The notes beneath the pieces are model-generated. The model did not search any database. It had not been told where the DNA came from and saw only the letters and a program-made list of their open reading frames with translations. Below are positions 18,952 through 29,293 of a stretch of DNA of 64,000 bases, piece after piece. Position numbers and translations under genes: made by a program. The DNA is from Candidatus Eiseniibacteriota bacterium. GTDB lineage: Bacteria; Eisenbacteria; RBG-16-71-46. Every line of letters starts with the position of its first letter. The stretch's first letter is position 1. The stretch spans positions 576,001 through 640,000 of the forward strand of contig CAVZLN010000003.1 of assembly GCA_963776245.1 (NCBI GenBank), given 5' to 3'.

Positions 18952-20349
18952 CTAGTCCACGGGGACCACGTCGAGGGGGCCGAGGCCTTCGAGGGCGGGC
19001 TTCGCCTTCGCGGGGTCGGCGACCACCAGGATGCGCAGGTCGGCGGTGCGGAAATACGACTTCAGCGCGCGACGGCAGTCCGCCATGGTCACGGCGTCGA
19101 TGCGGTCGGTGTAGGTCTCGACGAACTTCGGGTCGAGCCCGTAGAAGTCGATGTCGAGCACCCGCGCGGCGAGCGCGTCCGGGGCCTGCAGGCCGAGCGG
19201 GAACAGCCCGGTCAGGTAGCGCTTGGCCTTGGCGAGCTCGTCGTCGGTCGGGCCTTCGACGACCAGCGTGTCCACCAGGCCGATCACCTCGTCGATGGTC
19301 CGGCGCAGGGTCTCGTTCTTGGTGAAGGTCGAGACCCCGAACGTGCCCGCGTCGCGGTACATCGTGAACCGGCTGCTGATGCTGTACGTGAGTCCGAGGC
19401 TGACCCGGATCCGGTCCACCAGCCGCGAGGTGAACCCGCCGCCGAGGATGGTGTTGGCGACGGTGATCGGGAAGTAGTCGGGATGGTTGCGCGCCACGCC
19501 GATCCCGACGATGCGGATCTGCGCCTGGGACACTTCGGGCTTCTCGACGATCCGCACCGCGCGTTTCTCCGCGGCGAGCGGGCCGTAGGCGGCCTCGCGC
19601 CGGGCGCCCGACGGCTTCCAGTCCGCGAACGCCTTCTCGAGCGCCGCGATCACCGCCTTCGCGTCCACGTCCCCCACGACCGCGAGCGCGGCGCGCTCGG
19701 GCGTGATCCGGGAGCGATGGAACGCGACCACGTCCTCGCGCGTGAGGGACTTCACCGCCGCCTCGCCGCCGCTGACCGGGTGGCCGAGCGGATGGCCGCC
19801 GAGCACGAAGGGCAGCACCGCCTTGTTCGCCACCTCCGCCGGCTCGTCGCGGTCGGCCGCGATCGAGCCCAGCACCTCTTCCTGCTTGCGGGCGAACTCC
19901 CCGGCCGGGAAGGTCGGCGAGACGATCACGTCGCGGAACAACTCGAGCCCGGTGGCGAAGTCCTTCTTCAGGACCTCGCACGTCACCACCACCTGCTCCG
20001 TCCCGGCCGAGGCGTCGAGCGAGCCGCCCACGAACGCCATCTCCTCGGCCACCTGCTGCGCGGTGCGCGCGCCGGCGCCCTGCGTCATCAGCACGGCGGT
20101 CAGGCTGGCGAGCCCTTCCTTGCCCTTCGGATCGTCGACCGAGCCCGCCTTCACCGCCAGGCGGAAGTCCACCAGCGGCAGGCGGTGCGTCGGCATCACG
20201 AACACGGTGAGCCCGTTCCGGAGCGTGGTCCGGGTGTAGGGCGGAAGCTGCACGGGCACGGCCACGGCCGGCAGGGCCACCGTCAGCGCGAGCAGCGCGC
20301 CGGCCAGGGTGCGGAGCATCGGTCGTCCAGCGGTGCGGGTCGCCTTCAT
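18952..20349 (-). CDS. M16 family peptidase, non-catalytic subunit
   Basis: TLRNGLTV, GSVDDP..KEGLA without HxxEH; ILGGGFTSRL..RIR...GLTY motif. Confidence 0.9.
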   Translation of the reverse strand: MKATRTAGRPMLRTLAGALLALTVALPAVAVPVQLPPYTRTTLRNGLTVFVMPTHRLPLVDFRLAVKAGSVDDPKGKEGLASLTAVLMTQGAGARTAQQVAEEMAFVGGSLDASAGTEQVVVTCEVLKKDFATGLELFRDVIVSPTFPAGEFARKQEEVLGSIAADRDEPAEVANKAVLPFVLGGHPLGHPVSGGEAAVKSLTREDVVAFHRSRITPERAALAVVGDVDAKAVIAALEKAFADWKPSGARREAAYGPLAAEKRAVRIVEKPEVSQAQIRIVGIGVARNHPDYFPITVANTILGGGFTSRLVDRIRVSLGLTYSISSRFTMYRDAGTFGVSTFTKNETLRRTIDEVIGLVDTLVVEGPTDDELAKAKRYLTGLFPLGLQAPDALAARVLDIDFYGLDPKFVETYTDRIDAVTMADCRRALKSYFRTADLRILVVADPAKAKPALEGLGPLDVVPVD

Positions 20350-21746
20350 GGCGCGCTCCCTTCGGCCGGCGCGCTCTCGGGCACCAGCGTGGCAACGGTG
20401 CGCTGCATCGGGTCGAGGTACTTCTGCGCCACCCGCTGCACGTCCTCGGCGGTGACCGCGCGGAACCGGTCGATGGCCGTGAACATGGCGTGGTAGTCGC
20501 CGAGCACGTGCTCGTGGAAGCCGAGCTGCCGGCCGACCCCGTTGTTGGTCTTGAGCCCGGTCACGAAGTGCGCCTCGAGCAGGTTCTTCGCCTTCTGGAG
20601 CTCGCGGGCGCTCGGGCCCTCCTTCTGGATCCGCGCGATCACGTCGTCCACCGCCGCGAGCCCCTCGGCCGCGGTCTTGCCGGGGCGCAGCTGCACGTAC
20701 ACCTGGAACAGGTTCGGACCGAGCATCGCCTCGTAGGACGAGCCGGCGAACAGCGCCAGTTGCTTCTCGTACACCAGCGACTGGTGGAGGCGCGAGGACT
20801 CGCCGTCGGCGAGGACGGACGACAGCACCTCGAGCGCCGCGTGGTCGGGGCTGGCCGCCGCGGGTGCCTTGTAGCCCGCGAAGAAGGTCACCTGCTGCGC
20901 GGGATAGTGCACCTCCACGCGCCGCTCGCCGCGCTGCGGGGCCTCGGAATCCACCGGCGGGCTCGGCGGGTCCTGGCGCGGGATGCCCTCGAAGTACTTC
21001 CGGATCAGCGCCATCGCCGAGGCGCTCTCGAAGTCGCCCGCGAGCACCAGGATGCAGTTGTCGGGCGCGTAATAGGTGCGGAAGTACTCCACCATGTCCG
21101 GGCGCCGGATGTTGTCGAGGTCGCCCATCCAGCCGATCACCGGCGAGCGGTAGGGCGAGGCGTTGAACGCCACCGCCCACAGTTGCTCGTCGAGCATGCC
21201 GAAGATGTCGTTGTCCGTGCTCAGCCGGCGCTCCTCCTTGACCACGCCGATCTCGCTCTCGAGCGACTTGGGCTCGAACGACAGCGCGGCCATGCGGTCG
21301 GAGTCCAGCTGGAGCACGGTCTCGAGCCGGTCGGAGGCGATGTCCTCGTAGTACGCGGTCATGTCGCGGTCGGTGAACGCGTTCGAGTAGCCGCCGTTGG
21401 ACTCGAGGATGCGGTCGTACATCTTCGGCGGCACGTTCTTCGAGCCGTTGAACATCATGTGCTCGAAGTAGTGCGAGATGCCGGTGATGCCGGGGCGCTC
21501 GTTGCGCGACCCGACCTTGTACCACTGCCAGAAGGTCACCGTGGGCACGGTGTGGTCCTCGTGCAGCAGCACCACCAGGCCGTTCGCGAGCACCTGGCGC
21601 TGGACGTCGAGCTGGACCAGCGCGGGCGGCGCGGCGGGCGGCGCGGCCGGCTTCGCGGCCGGCTTCCGGGCCGCCAGCGCGGGCACCGCCGCCGCGGTGA
21701 CGAGCGCGCACGCGATGGCGAGCGCGACGCGGGACATGCGAAGCAT
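20346..21746 (-). CDS. M16 family zinc peptidase, catalytic subunit
   Basis: GISHYFEHMMFNG (HxxEH), NAFT, VKEERR; signal peptide. Confidence 0.95.
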   Translation of the reverse strand: MLRMSRVALAIACALVTAAAVPALAARKPAAKPAAPPAAPPALVQLDVQRQVLANGLVVLLHEDHTVPTVTFWQWYKVGSRNERPGITGISHYFEHMMFNGSKNVPPKMYDRILESNGGYSNAFTDRDMTAYYEDIASDRLETVLQLDSDRMAALSFEPKSLESEIGVVKEERRLSTDNDIFGMLDEQLWAVAFNASPYRSPVIGWMGDLDNIRRPDMVEYFRTYYAPDNCILVLAGDFESASAMALIRKYFEGIPRQDPPSPPVDSEAPQRGERRVEVHYPAQQVTFFAGYKAPAAASPDHAALEVLSSVLADGESSRLHQSLVYEKQLALFAGSSYEAMLGPNLFQVYVQLRPGKTAAEGLAAVDDVIARIQKEGPSARELQKAKNLLEAHFVTGLKTNNGVGRQLGFHEHVLGDYHAMFTAIDRFRAVTAEDVQRVAQKYLDPMQRTVATLVPESAPAEGSAP

Positions 21747-21876
21747 GGGGTCCTCCGTGAGCGGTGGATGACGCGTGGGGACGATGGCCCAGTCTCACCC
21801 CCGGGCGAGGACCGCGCAAGGTGCCGGCGACGAGCGCGGCTGGCGCGACGGCCAACGCCACGCCTATGCTGCGCCC

Positions 21877-22218
21877 ATGCCGCTGCCCGAATCCCTGGCG
21901 CGACTGGCGCGCGAGTGCGAGATCACGCCCTACAAGTCCTCCGGCCCCGGAGGCCAGAAGAAGAACAAGACCGAGTCGAGCGTGCGGGTGCGCCACCTGC
22001 CGACCGGGATCGTGCGCATCGCCACCGAGAGCCGCTCGCAGTCGGCCAACCGCCTGACCGCGCTCGAGCGGGTCGGCCGCGAACTGCGGCGCCGCGCCCA
22101 GCGGCCGAAGCCGCGGGTGAGGACGCGCCCCACGCGCGGCGCGGTCGAACAGCGCCTGACGGAGAAGAAGCGGGTCTCGGAGCGCAAGCGGACGCGCGCC
22201 ACGCGCGGCGACGACTGA
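21877..22218 (+). CDS. RF-1 domain peptidyl-tRNA hydrolase, ArfB-like ribosome rescue factor
   Basis: SSGPGGQKKNKTES (GGQ motif), HLPTGI, RSQSANR, basic C-terminal tail RVRTRPTRGAVEQRL..KK. Confidence 0.88.
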   Translation: MPLPESLARLARECEITPYKSSGPGGQKKNKTESSVRVRHLPTGIVRIATESRSQSANRLTALERVGRELRRRAQRPKPRVRTRPTRGAVEQRLTEKKRVSERKRTRATRGDD

Positions 22219-22242
22219 GCGCGGCCCGGCGCCCCGTGCGAC

Positions 22243-22275
22243 GAAGGCCCGGCCATCCGAGGCCGGGCCCCCTTC
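22243..22275. terminator. Hairpin between the convergent ArfB-like gene and phoU
   Basis: GAAGGCCCGGCC-ATCCGA-GGCCGGGCC(CC)CTTC. Confidence 0.55.
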
Positions 22276-22311
22276 GCGCTCCCCTCTCGCCGAGGGGCGG
22301 CCGGGCCGAGG

Positions 22312-23010
22312 TCAGGTGCGCCCGAAGTCCTCGTCCCGCCCGCCCCGGGTGGTGTCTTCGGCGTGATGCTTGATGACGCGTGCCTCGGCGATGAACACCA
22401 CCTCCTCGGCCACGTTGGTGGCGAGGTCGGCGACCCGCTCGAGATTGCGCGCGACCAGGATGAGCTCGAGGCCCAGCGTGATGGTGCCCGGGTCTTCGAT
22501 CATGCAGGACAGCACCTCGCGGAAGATCTGCCGGTTGAGGGCGTCCACCTCGTCGTCCCGGCGCACCAGCCGCCGGGCGGTGTCGGCGTCGCGCCGGACG
22601 AAGGCGTCGAGGGCCTCGTGGAGCATGGCGCTCGAGAGCCCGGCCAGCCGCGGGATGTCCACCAGCGGCTTGATCGCGGGCTGCTCCGAGAGCCGCAGCG
22701 CGCTGCCGGCGATGTTCACCGCGTGGTCGCCGACGCGCTCGAGGTCCTTGGTGATCATGAGCGCCGAGGTGATGAAGCGCAGGTCGGTCGCCAGCGGCTG
22801 CTGGAGCGCCAGCAGCGCGATACAGCGCTCCTCGATGTCGATCTCGTGACGGTCGATGACCGGGTCGGCGGCGAACACCGCGCGGGCGAGCCCGGGATCC
22901 TGGCGCCGGAGCGCCTCGATCGCCTGCTGGACGGCGCTCTCGGCCCGCCCCCCCATGAGCAGCAGCTGCTCCTTGAGGGCGTCGATCTCCTGCACGAAAT
23001 GGCGTTCCAC
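22312..23010 (-). CDS. phoU: Phosphate signalling complex protein PhoU
   Basis: QQPLATDLR, DLERVGDHAVNIA, NLERVADLATNVAE. Confidence 0.96.
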   Translation of the reverse strand: MERHFVQEIDALKEQLLLMGGRAESAVQQAIEALRRQDPGLARAVFAADPVIDRHEIDIEERCIALLALQQPLATDLRFITSALMITKDLERVGDHAVNIAGSALRLSEQPAIKPLVDIPRLAGLSSAMLHEALDAFVRRDADTARRLVRRDDEVDALNRQIFREVLSCMIEDPGTITLGLELILVARNLERVADLATNVAEEVVFIAEARVIKHHAEDTTRGGRDEDFGRT

Positions 23011-23031
23011 GGTCCTCCGATGCCGGGCGGA

Positions 23032-23916
23032 TCAGCCGAACCGGCCGGTGATGTAGTCCTCGGTCAGCTGGCGCGCCGGGCGCGTGAAGAGCGCGGCGGT
23101 GAGCCCGTATTCGACCAGCTCGCCGTTCAGCATGAACGCGGTGCGGTCCGAGATGCGCGCCGCCTGCTGCATGTTGTGAGTGACGATGACCACGGTATAG
23201 CGCGCCCGCAGCTCGAGCACCAGCTCTTCGATGCGCGCGGTCGCGGTGGGGTCGAGCGCGGAAGCGGGCTCGTCCATCAGCAGCACCTCGGGCTCCACCG
23301 CGAGGCAGCGCGCGATGCACAGGCGCTGCTGCTGGCCGCCCGAGAGCGTGAGCGCCGAGCGCTGGAGACGGTCCTTGACCTCGTCCCACAGCGCCGCGCG
23401 GCGCAGGCTGTCCTCGACCCGCCACTCGATGGCCCCGCGGTCGGTGACCCCCAGCATGCGCAGGCCGAAGGCCACGTTCTCGACGATCGACTTGGGGAAC
23501 GGATTGGGCCGCTGGAACACCATGCCGACGCGTCGGCGCAGCTCGACCACGTCCACCCCGCCGGCCAGCGCCTCCTGGCCCGAGACCCGGATCGCGCCCT
23601 CGGTGCGCACGCCCGGGATCAGGTCGTTCATGCGGTTGAACGCGCGCAGCAGCGTGCTCTTGCCGCAGCCGGACGGCCCGATGATCGCGGTCACGCTGTT
23701 CGCGGGGATGGCGAGCGAGACCGCCCGCAGCGCCTGGAGCGCGCCGTAGTACAGGCTGAACTCGCGCGCCTCGAGCCGCGGCGGTGAGCCGGGGGCGGGC
23801 GGAGCCGCGTCGTCGGGACGCGGGGCGGGCGGGACGGGCGCGGACAGCCGCGGCCCGCGCCCGCCTTCGCGGGCCGCGCCGGGCACCGTCGGCGCCTCCG
23901 GGGAGTCGACCGGCAT
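23032..23916 (-). CDS. pstB: Phosphate ABC transporter ATPase
   Basis: [42 protein letters not shown]. Confidence 0.97.
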   Translation of the reverse strand: MPVDSPEAPTVPGAAREGGRGPRLSAPVPPAPRPDDAAPPAPGSPPRLEAREFSLYYGALQALRAVSLAIPANSVTAIIGPSGCGKSTLLRAFNRMNDLIPGVRTEGAIRVSGQEALAGGVDVVELRRRVGMVFQRPNPFPKSIVENVAFGLRMLGVTDRGAIEWRVEDSLRRAALWDEVKDRLQRSALTLSGGQQQRLCIARCLAVEPEVLLMDEPASALDPTATARIEELVLELRARYTVVIVTHNMQQAARISDRTAFMLNGELVEYGLTAALFTRPARQLTEDYITGRFG

Positions 23917-23917
23917 G

Positions 23918-24865
23918 TCAGCTCCTTCCCGAGAGCCGCGCGCGCAGGCGTGAGCGGATCAGGATGGCGGTCAGGTTGAGCAGGAAGGTGAGCAGCAGCA
24001 GCACCAGCACGGTGCCGTAGAGCAGCGGCCGGGTGGCGTCCACGTCGGGCGACTGGGTCGCCATCACGAACACGTGATAGCCCAGCTCCATGAACTGGTC
24101 GGTCGGCGAGGTCGGCAGGTAGGGCAGGAAGTACGCCGCACCGGTGAACAGGATCGGCGCCACCTCGCCGGCGCCGCGCGCGACCGAGAGGATGGCCCCG
24201 GTGAGGATGCCGGGCAGCGCCTGCGGGAGCAGCACGTGCCACAGGGACTGCCAGCGCGTGGCACCGAGCGCGAGCGCGGCCTCGCGCTGCTCGCGCGGCA
24301 CGGTGCGCAGCGCCTCCTCGGTGGTGACGATGACCACCGGCAGGTTGAGCAGGGCGAGCGTGAGCGCCGCCCACATCAGGCACGGTTGGCCCCACATCAC
24401 GTCGAGGCCGAGCGCGCGGTCCACGCCGCGCCCGACGAACTGCACGAAGAAGCCGAGCCCGAACAATCCGAACACGATGCTCGGCACGCCCGCGAGATTG
24501 TTGACCGCGAACCGCACCGCCCGCGTGGTCCAGGCGTCGGGGCGGGCGTACTCGTGCAGGTAGAGCGCGGCGCCGACCCCGAACGGCACCAGCGCCACCA
24601 CCATGAGCACGACCAGCGCGGCGGTGCCGAAGATCGCCGGGAATATGCCCCCCTGGGTCATGCCCTCGCGCGGCGACTCGGTCAGGAACCGCCAGGTCAC
24701 CGTGCTCCAGCCGAACCACACGATGTTGACCATGATCAGCGCGACCATCGCCACGATGAGCAGCGCGGCCAGCCCTGACAGCCCGGTGAGCCCGACCCCG
24801 GCGAGGTCGGCGCGGCGGGCGCGGGGCAGCGGCGCGAGCGCGGGGCGCAGCGACGCGACGCTCAT
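23918..24865 (-). CDS. pstA: Phosphate ABC transporter permease PstA
   Basis: [33 protein letters not shown]. Confidence 0.95.
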   Translation of the reverse strand: MSVASLRPALAPLPRARRADLAGVGLTGLSGLAALLIVAMVALIMVNIVWFGWSTVTWRFLTESPREGMTQGGIFPAIFGTAALVVLMVVALVPFGVGAALYLHEYARPDAWTTRAVRFAVNNLAGVPSIVFGLFGLGFFVQFVGRGVDRALGLDVMWGQPCLMWAALTLALLNLPVVIVTTEEALRTVPREQREAALALGATRWQSLWHVLLPQALPGILTGAILSVARGAGEVAPILFTGAAYFLPYLPTSPTDQFMELGYHVFVMATQSPDVDATRPLLYGTVLVLLLLTFLLNLTAILIRSRLRARLSGRS

Positions 24866-25821
24866 GCGCCCCCCAGGCTCCGGCGCAGGCGGTCCACGAA
24901 CAGCCCGGCCGCGACATTGATCGCGAACGTGATGGCGAACAGGAGCGCGCCAAGGAAGAAGAGCACGGAGTAGTGCGCGCTCCCGAACACCACCTCGGCC
25001 AGCTCCGCGGCGATGCTGGCCGAGAGCGTGCGGACCGAGTCGAAGGCGTTGCCCGATACGATGGCGGCATTGCCCGAGGCCATCAGCACGATCATGGTCT
25101 CCCCGACCGCGCGCGCCAGCCCGAGCAGCACGCCGGCCGCGACGCCCGCGGCGGCCGCGGGCAGCACCACGTGCCACGCCGTCTGCCACGGCGTCGCGCC
25201 GAGCGCCAACGACGCCTCGCGGTAGGACTTCGGCACCGCGCGCAGTGCGTCCTCGGACACCGTGAACAACGTCGGCAGCACGCCGAGCCCGAGCGCGATC
25301 CCGGCCACCACGGCGTTCAGACGCGACGGCGAGCCGGTCACGGCCTGCACCCACGTCGCGAGCACCATCAGCCCGAAGAAACCGAGCACCACCGACGGGA
25401 TGCCGGCCAGGATCTCGACCGCCGGCTTGAGCAGCTCGCGCACCCGCGGCGGCGCGAACTCCGACGCGAACAGCGCGGCCAGCACCCCCAGCGGGGTGGC
25501 GAACAGCATCGCCACCGCCACCACCTTGAGCGTGCCCACGAACAGCGGCAGCAGGCCGTACTTCGGCACGTTCCCCACCGGTTGCCACATGTCGGTGGCG
25601 AAGAAGTGCCGCAGGCTGGCCTCCTGCTTCACCACCGGGTCGGTGAGCACCGGCAGCGCCTCCCGCAGCACGAACAGCAGGATCAGCACCAGCGCGGCCA
25701 CGGCGCCGAACGCGCACAGCCGGAGCGCCCAGGTGATCGCGGCCTCCTGGACGCGCCGCGCCCGGCGCGCGGAGGGGCCGGGGACGAGCAGCGCGGGACC
25801 GGGGCGCGGGGCGTCGGACAT
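24862..25821 (-). CDS. pstC: Phosphate ABC transporter permease PstC
   Basis: ILAGIPSVVLG, ARAVGETMIV; ATGA overlap with pstA. Confidence 0.95.
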   Translation of the reverse strand: MSDAPRPGPALLVPGPSARRARRVQEAAITWALRLCAFGAVAALVLILLFVLREALPVLTDPVVKQEASLRHFFATDMWQPVGNVPKYGLLPLFVGTLKVVAVAMLFATPLGVLAALFASEFAPPRVRELLKPAVEILAGIPSVVLGFFGLMVLATWVQAVTGSPSRLNAVVAGIALGLGVLPTLFTVSEDALRAVPKSYREASLALGATPWQTAWHVVLPAAAAGVAAGVLLGLARAVGETMIVLMASGNAAIVSGNAFDSVRTLSASIAAELAEVVFGSAHYSVLFFLGALLFAITFAINVAAGLFVDRLRRSLGGA

Positions 25822-26675
25822 CAGCGGACCGGGAAGTAGCCGACCGCGCCCACGACCGCCTGGCCGGAGTCCGAGAGCGCGTAGTCCAGGAAGCGCCGGG
25901 CGAGGCCTTCGGGCGCGCGGCGCGCGTACACGTGGAGCGCGCGGGCGAGCGGGTAGCTGGCGTCCCGTACCGTCTCGAGCGAAGGCAGCACCGCCGCGCT
26001 CGCGGCGTCCGTACGCAGGCCGAGATCGCGGACCCCCTTCGCGTACGCGGCCCCGCCGTATCCGATGCCACGGACATCGCCCGCCACCGCGTTGACCACC
26101 GCCGCGGTGCCGGGCAGCGTCTGCACCCGGGCCGCGAAGTCCGCGTTCCCGAGCACGTGTTCCTTGAAGAAGACGTAGGTTCCTGAGCTGTTCTCGCGCC
26201 CGTACGCGGTGATCGGGCCGGGCGCGCCGCCGAGGTCCTTCCAGTCGGCGATCACGCCGGTGTACACCCCGCGCAGTTGCTCCACCGTGACCGATCGCAC
26301 CGGGTTCGCCGCGTTCACGTAGATCGCGATGCCGTCACGCGCGACGGTGATCTCGTGCGCCGGTGCTCCGAACCGGCTCTGCAGGGAGCCATTCTCGGCG
26401 TCCTTGATGGGCCGGGAGGACAGGCACAGGTCGGTGGTACCATTGATGAGCGCGGCGATCCCGGTGCCCGACCCGCCGCCGGTGACCTGCACGCGCTCAC
26501 CCGGGTGTGCCGCCATGTAGCGCTCCGCCCAGCGCTGGCCGAGCAGCACCATGGTGTCCGAGCCCTTGATGGTGAGCTCCTCGGCGCGCGGTGAGCGCGC
26601 GCACGAGTTCAGCACGAGCGCGGCGCCCAGGCCGAGGGCGGCCGCGGCGAGGCGGTAAGATGACCGGGACGACAT
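25821..26675 (-). CDS. pstS: Phosphate-binding protein, lipoprotein form
   Basis: IKGSDT, GGGSGTG, RENSSGT, IGYGG; lipobox-like LNSC. Confidence 0.93.
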   Translation of the reverse strand: MSSRSSYRLAAAALGLGAALVLNSCARSPRAEELTIKGSDTMVLLGQRWAERYMAAHPGERVQVTGGGSGTGIAALINGTTDLCLSSRPIKDAENGSLQSRFGAPAHEITVARDGIAIYVNAANPVRSVTVEQLRGVYTGVIADWKDLGGAPGPITAYGRENSSGTYVFFKEHVLGNADFAARVQTLPGTAAVVNAVAGDVRGIGYGGAAYAKGVRDLGLRTDAASAAVLPSLETVRDASYPLARALHVYARRAPEGLARRFLDYALSDSGQAVVGAVGYFPVR

Positions 26676-26686
26676 GAAGCCTCCTG

Positions 26687-27517
26687 CTAGTGGAGCGGGA
26701 AGTACCCGACCTGGGTGGCGATGGCCTGGCCCGGAGGCGAGAGCACGAAGTCCACGAACGCCTTGGCGGCGCCCGCTGGCTTGACCCGCGTGTAGAGGTA
26801 GAGGAAGCGCGTCATCGGGTACGACCCGTCGCGCACCGTGGCGGCGTTCGGGGTGACCGCGGGGCTCTTCGCGTCCCGCTTCACGCCCAGCTCGCGCACG
26901 CCCTTTCCGTACGCCGCGCCGCCGTAGCCGATCCCGTTGGGGTCGTTGGCCACGGCGTTGACCACCGCCGCGGTGCCGGGCAGCGTCTGGGTGCGCGCGG
27001 CGTAGTCGCGGCCGAGCAGCACGTTGTCCTTGAAGTACACGTAGGTGCCGGAGGAGTTCTCGCGCCCGTAGAGCACGATGATCGCGTCCCTGCCCCCGAC
27101 CTGGTTCCAGTTGGTGACCTCGCCGGTGTAGATGGCGCGCAGCTGCTCGAGCGAGAGCGCCTGGACCGGATTGGAGTCCTGCACGTAGACCGAGAGCCCG
27201 TCCTTGGCCACCGGGATCTCGACTCCCATGGACTGGTAGCGGTCGCGCAGCTTGGTCTTCTCATCGTGCTTCATCGGGCGCGAGGCCATGCCGATGTCCG
27301 TGGTGCCGTTGATGAGCGCCGCGATCCCGGTGCCCGAGCCGCCGCCGGTGACCTGCACGATCTCGCCGGCGTGCTGGGTCATGTAGGTTTCGGCCCAGCG
27401 CTGCACCAGGATCACCATGGTGTCGGAGCCCTTGATGGTGAGACCGCGACCGGCGTGGGCCGTCGTGGCGAGGGCGGTCAGCGCGCCGACGACGGCGAGC
27501 GATCGGAAGATCTTCAT
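26687..27517 (-). CDS. pstS: Phosphate-binding protein, soluble periplasmic form (second copy)
   Basis: Same PstS motifs; signal peptidase I-type signal ending AHA. Confidence 0.93.
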   Translation of the reverse strand: MKIFRSLAVVGALTALATTAHAGRGLTIKGSDTMVILVQRWAETYMTQHAGEIVQVTGGGSGTGIAALINGTTDIGMASRPMKHDEKTKLRDRYQSMGVEIPVAKDGLSVYVQDSNPVQALSLEQLRAIYTGEVTNWNQVGGRDAIIVLYGRENSSGTYVYFKDNVLLGRDYAARTQTLPGTAAVVNAVANDPNGIGYGGAAYGKGVRELGVKRDAKSPAVTPNAATVRDGSYPMTRFLYLYTRVKPAGAAKAFVDFVLSPPGQAIATQVGYFPLH

Positions 27518-27528
27518 GGATCGGGCTC

Positions 27529-28776
27529 CTAGTACTTGTGCTGGACCTGCACGGTCCAGAGGTTGTCCTTCACGTCGACGTACCGGCCGGCGACCAGCGC
27601 CTCGGTGCGCGGCACGTCGTAGGACACGGTCACGCGGGTGAGTCCGCCCCAGAACCAGTTCGCCCCGATGCCGAGGCGCTCGAACCGGTCGTGCGCGACG
27701 GCCGTGTCGGGGTCGTACCAGTCGTAGCGGCCGGCGAGCTGGAACTGCTCGCCGAGGTTCTGCACCCACATCACGTACCCGCCCTGCATGTCGGTCGCGA
27801 AGTGGTCGAGTGGCGCGCCCCCCTTGAGCAGTCGGCCGGCGGTATTCGTGGTGGTGTACGCCTTCACCGTGTCCGGATCGGCCTCCCTGCCGGCGTAGTA
27901 CTCGCCCCTCAGGCTGCCCCCGCCCAGCACCGGAAGCTGGTAGTAGCCCTGGACATCGACGCCGACGCGGGTCTTGTCGGTCTGCACGTCGGGCCCGGTG
28001 AGCGCGGTGATCTGGCGCCCGCGGTAGTAGGACACCGCGCCGTCGAGCGTGCCCTGCGCGACCCGCGCGCGCGCCACGAAGTCCTTGGCCCGCGTGGGAT
28101 CGGTGTTCGGGAAGTCCGCGCTGTTGATCCCACCGCCGTTGAAGATCCCCACCACGGTCTCCACCATCGGCGTCCACTGGCTGACGATCTTCACGCCGCG
28201 GTCGCGCTCGCCGGAGAACAGCACGTTCTCCGCGCGCGAGCGCTCGGGCAGCTCGCGAACGCTCGAGGAGCGCTCGAGCTCGTAGCCGAACGGCACGTTC
28301 ATCTGGCCCATGGTGAGCCGGTGGTCGTGCAGCGGCGTCCACGGGTCGAACAGCGAGACGTACGCCTCGAGCAGCCGCACGGTGCGGTCGGCGCCCCCGT
28401 CGAGGTAGAGCACCGCTTCACCGTACGGCGCGTTGTCGTAGGTGAGCTTCAAACGGCCACGGCGGATGTAGAACCGCTCGGTGTTCGCGGGCGTGATCAC
28501 CGCCGGATCGCCCTTCACCTTCACCGAGTCGCGCTTGTTCTCCGAGGTCTCCCAGCGCGCCTGGAGGTAGCCTGAGAACTTGAACTTCTTGAGCTTGTCC
28601 AGGTCGGCCTGCAGGGACTGGAACGGCTCGGTCATGCCGTCGAGATTGCCGCGCAACAGCCCGACCCGCTCGCGCAGCGCGGCGAGCGAGTCGGCGACCG
28701 CGTCCTGCGCGCGCGCCACCGCGGGCGACAGGGCGAGCACCAGCGCGGCGGGGAGCAGCAGGGTTCGGGCGTTCAC
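27529..28776 (-). CDS. Phosphate-selective porin (OprO/OprP-like)
   Basis: Signal peptide, N-terminal coiled coil, FSGYLQARW, IRRGRLK, GQMNVPFGYE, ERDRG; terminal Tyr; first gene of the pst operon. Confidence 0.8.
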   Translation of the reverse strand: MNARTLLLPAALVLALSPAVARAQDAVADSLAALRERVGLLRGNLDGMTEPFQSLQADLDKLKKFKFSGYLQARWETSENKRDSVKVKGDPAVITPANTERFYIRRGRLKLTYDNAPYGEAVLYLDGGADRTVRLLEAYVSLFDPWTPLHDHRLTMGQMNVPFGYELERSSSVRELPERSRAENVLFSGERDRGVKIVSQWTPMVETVVGIFNGGGINSADFPNTDPTRAKDFVARARVAQGTLDGAVSYYRGRQITALTGPDVQTDKTRVGVDVQGYYQLPVLGGGSLRGEYYAGREADPDTVKAYTTTNTAGRLLKGGAPLDHFATDMQGGYVMWVQNLGEQFQLAGRYDWYDPDTAVAHDRFERLGIGANWFWGGLTRVTVSYDVPRTEALVAGRYVDVKDNLWTVQVQHKY

Positions 28777-28848
28777 GTGCGCGGATCCTCCGTTCGCAGG
28801 TCCGCGCCGAGGAGGTGGCTCGGGCGCGGTGTGATGCGACTGGAGTTG

Positions 28849-28902
28849 ACGATATCCGCGCCGGGTTGCCGAAACGTGGCCGCGGTGTTTCTGCGACGTG
28901 AA
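28849..28902 (-). promoter_or_regulatory. Putative pho boxes and -10 element of the porin-pst operon
   Basis: Four units at exact 11-bp spacing (+ strand GTTGC 28865, GTGGC 28876, GTTTC 28887, GTGAA 28898) ending 10 bp before minus-strand -10 TATCGT (28854-28849). Confidence 0.65.
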
Positions 28903-28920
28903 CGATGCCGGTGATGGCCC

Positions 28921-29169
28921 TCACTCGGGGCGCTTTCTGGGGCGGGGCAAGCGGCGCGGCCGCTGGCGTCGCGCGCGCCATGAGCGTCGTCGCGCAGCGG
29001 CCATGATCTCGACGTACTCCATCCCGGCGGCCGCGACCGCCGCCCCCCACGAGCCGAACATGCGCCGCGCGCGAGCGTAGAACGCGCCGTGCCTCTTGTG
29101 GACTTGAAACAGCCCGGCGCGGCGCTGGGCGAGCTCGCGGATGCGCTCCAGCATCGCCTCGCGGCTCAT
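28921..29169 (-). CDS. Small basic putative nucleic-acid-binding protein (homing-endonuclease-associated-repeat-like)
   Basis: 82 aa; FYARARRMFGSWGAAVAAAG motif; Arg-rich tail. Confidence 0.65.
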   Translation of the reverse strand: MSREAMLERIRELAQRRAGLFQVHKRHGAFYARARRMFGSWGAAVAAAGMEYVEIMAAARRRSWRARRQRPRRLPRPRKRPE

Positions 29170-29293
29170 GAGCACGGGCCGGCCCGGCGCCCGACGCGTG
29201 GCCGGCGCGCCCCGTGGAGGCGCCTGGGGAGTGGGCGACGGCTCGCGCCGGTCGCACGCCTCAGCCGCGTCGCCCGGACCGAGGGCGCACACG

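Noticed and set aside
21877..22218. Truncated prfA/prfB pseudogene
   Set aside because: A GGQ domain with a basic C-terminal tail is the normal architecture of stand-alone ArfB-like factors.
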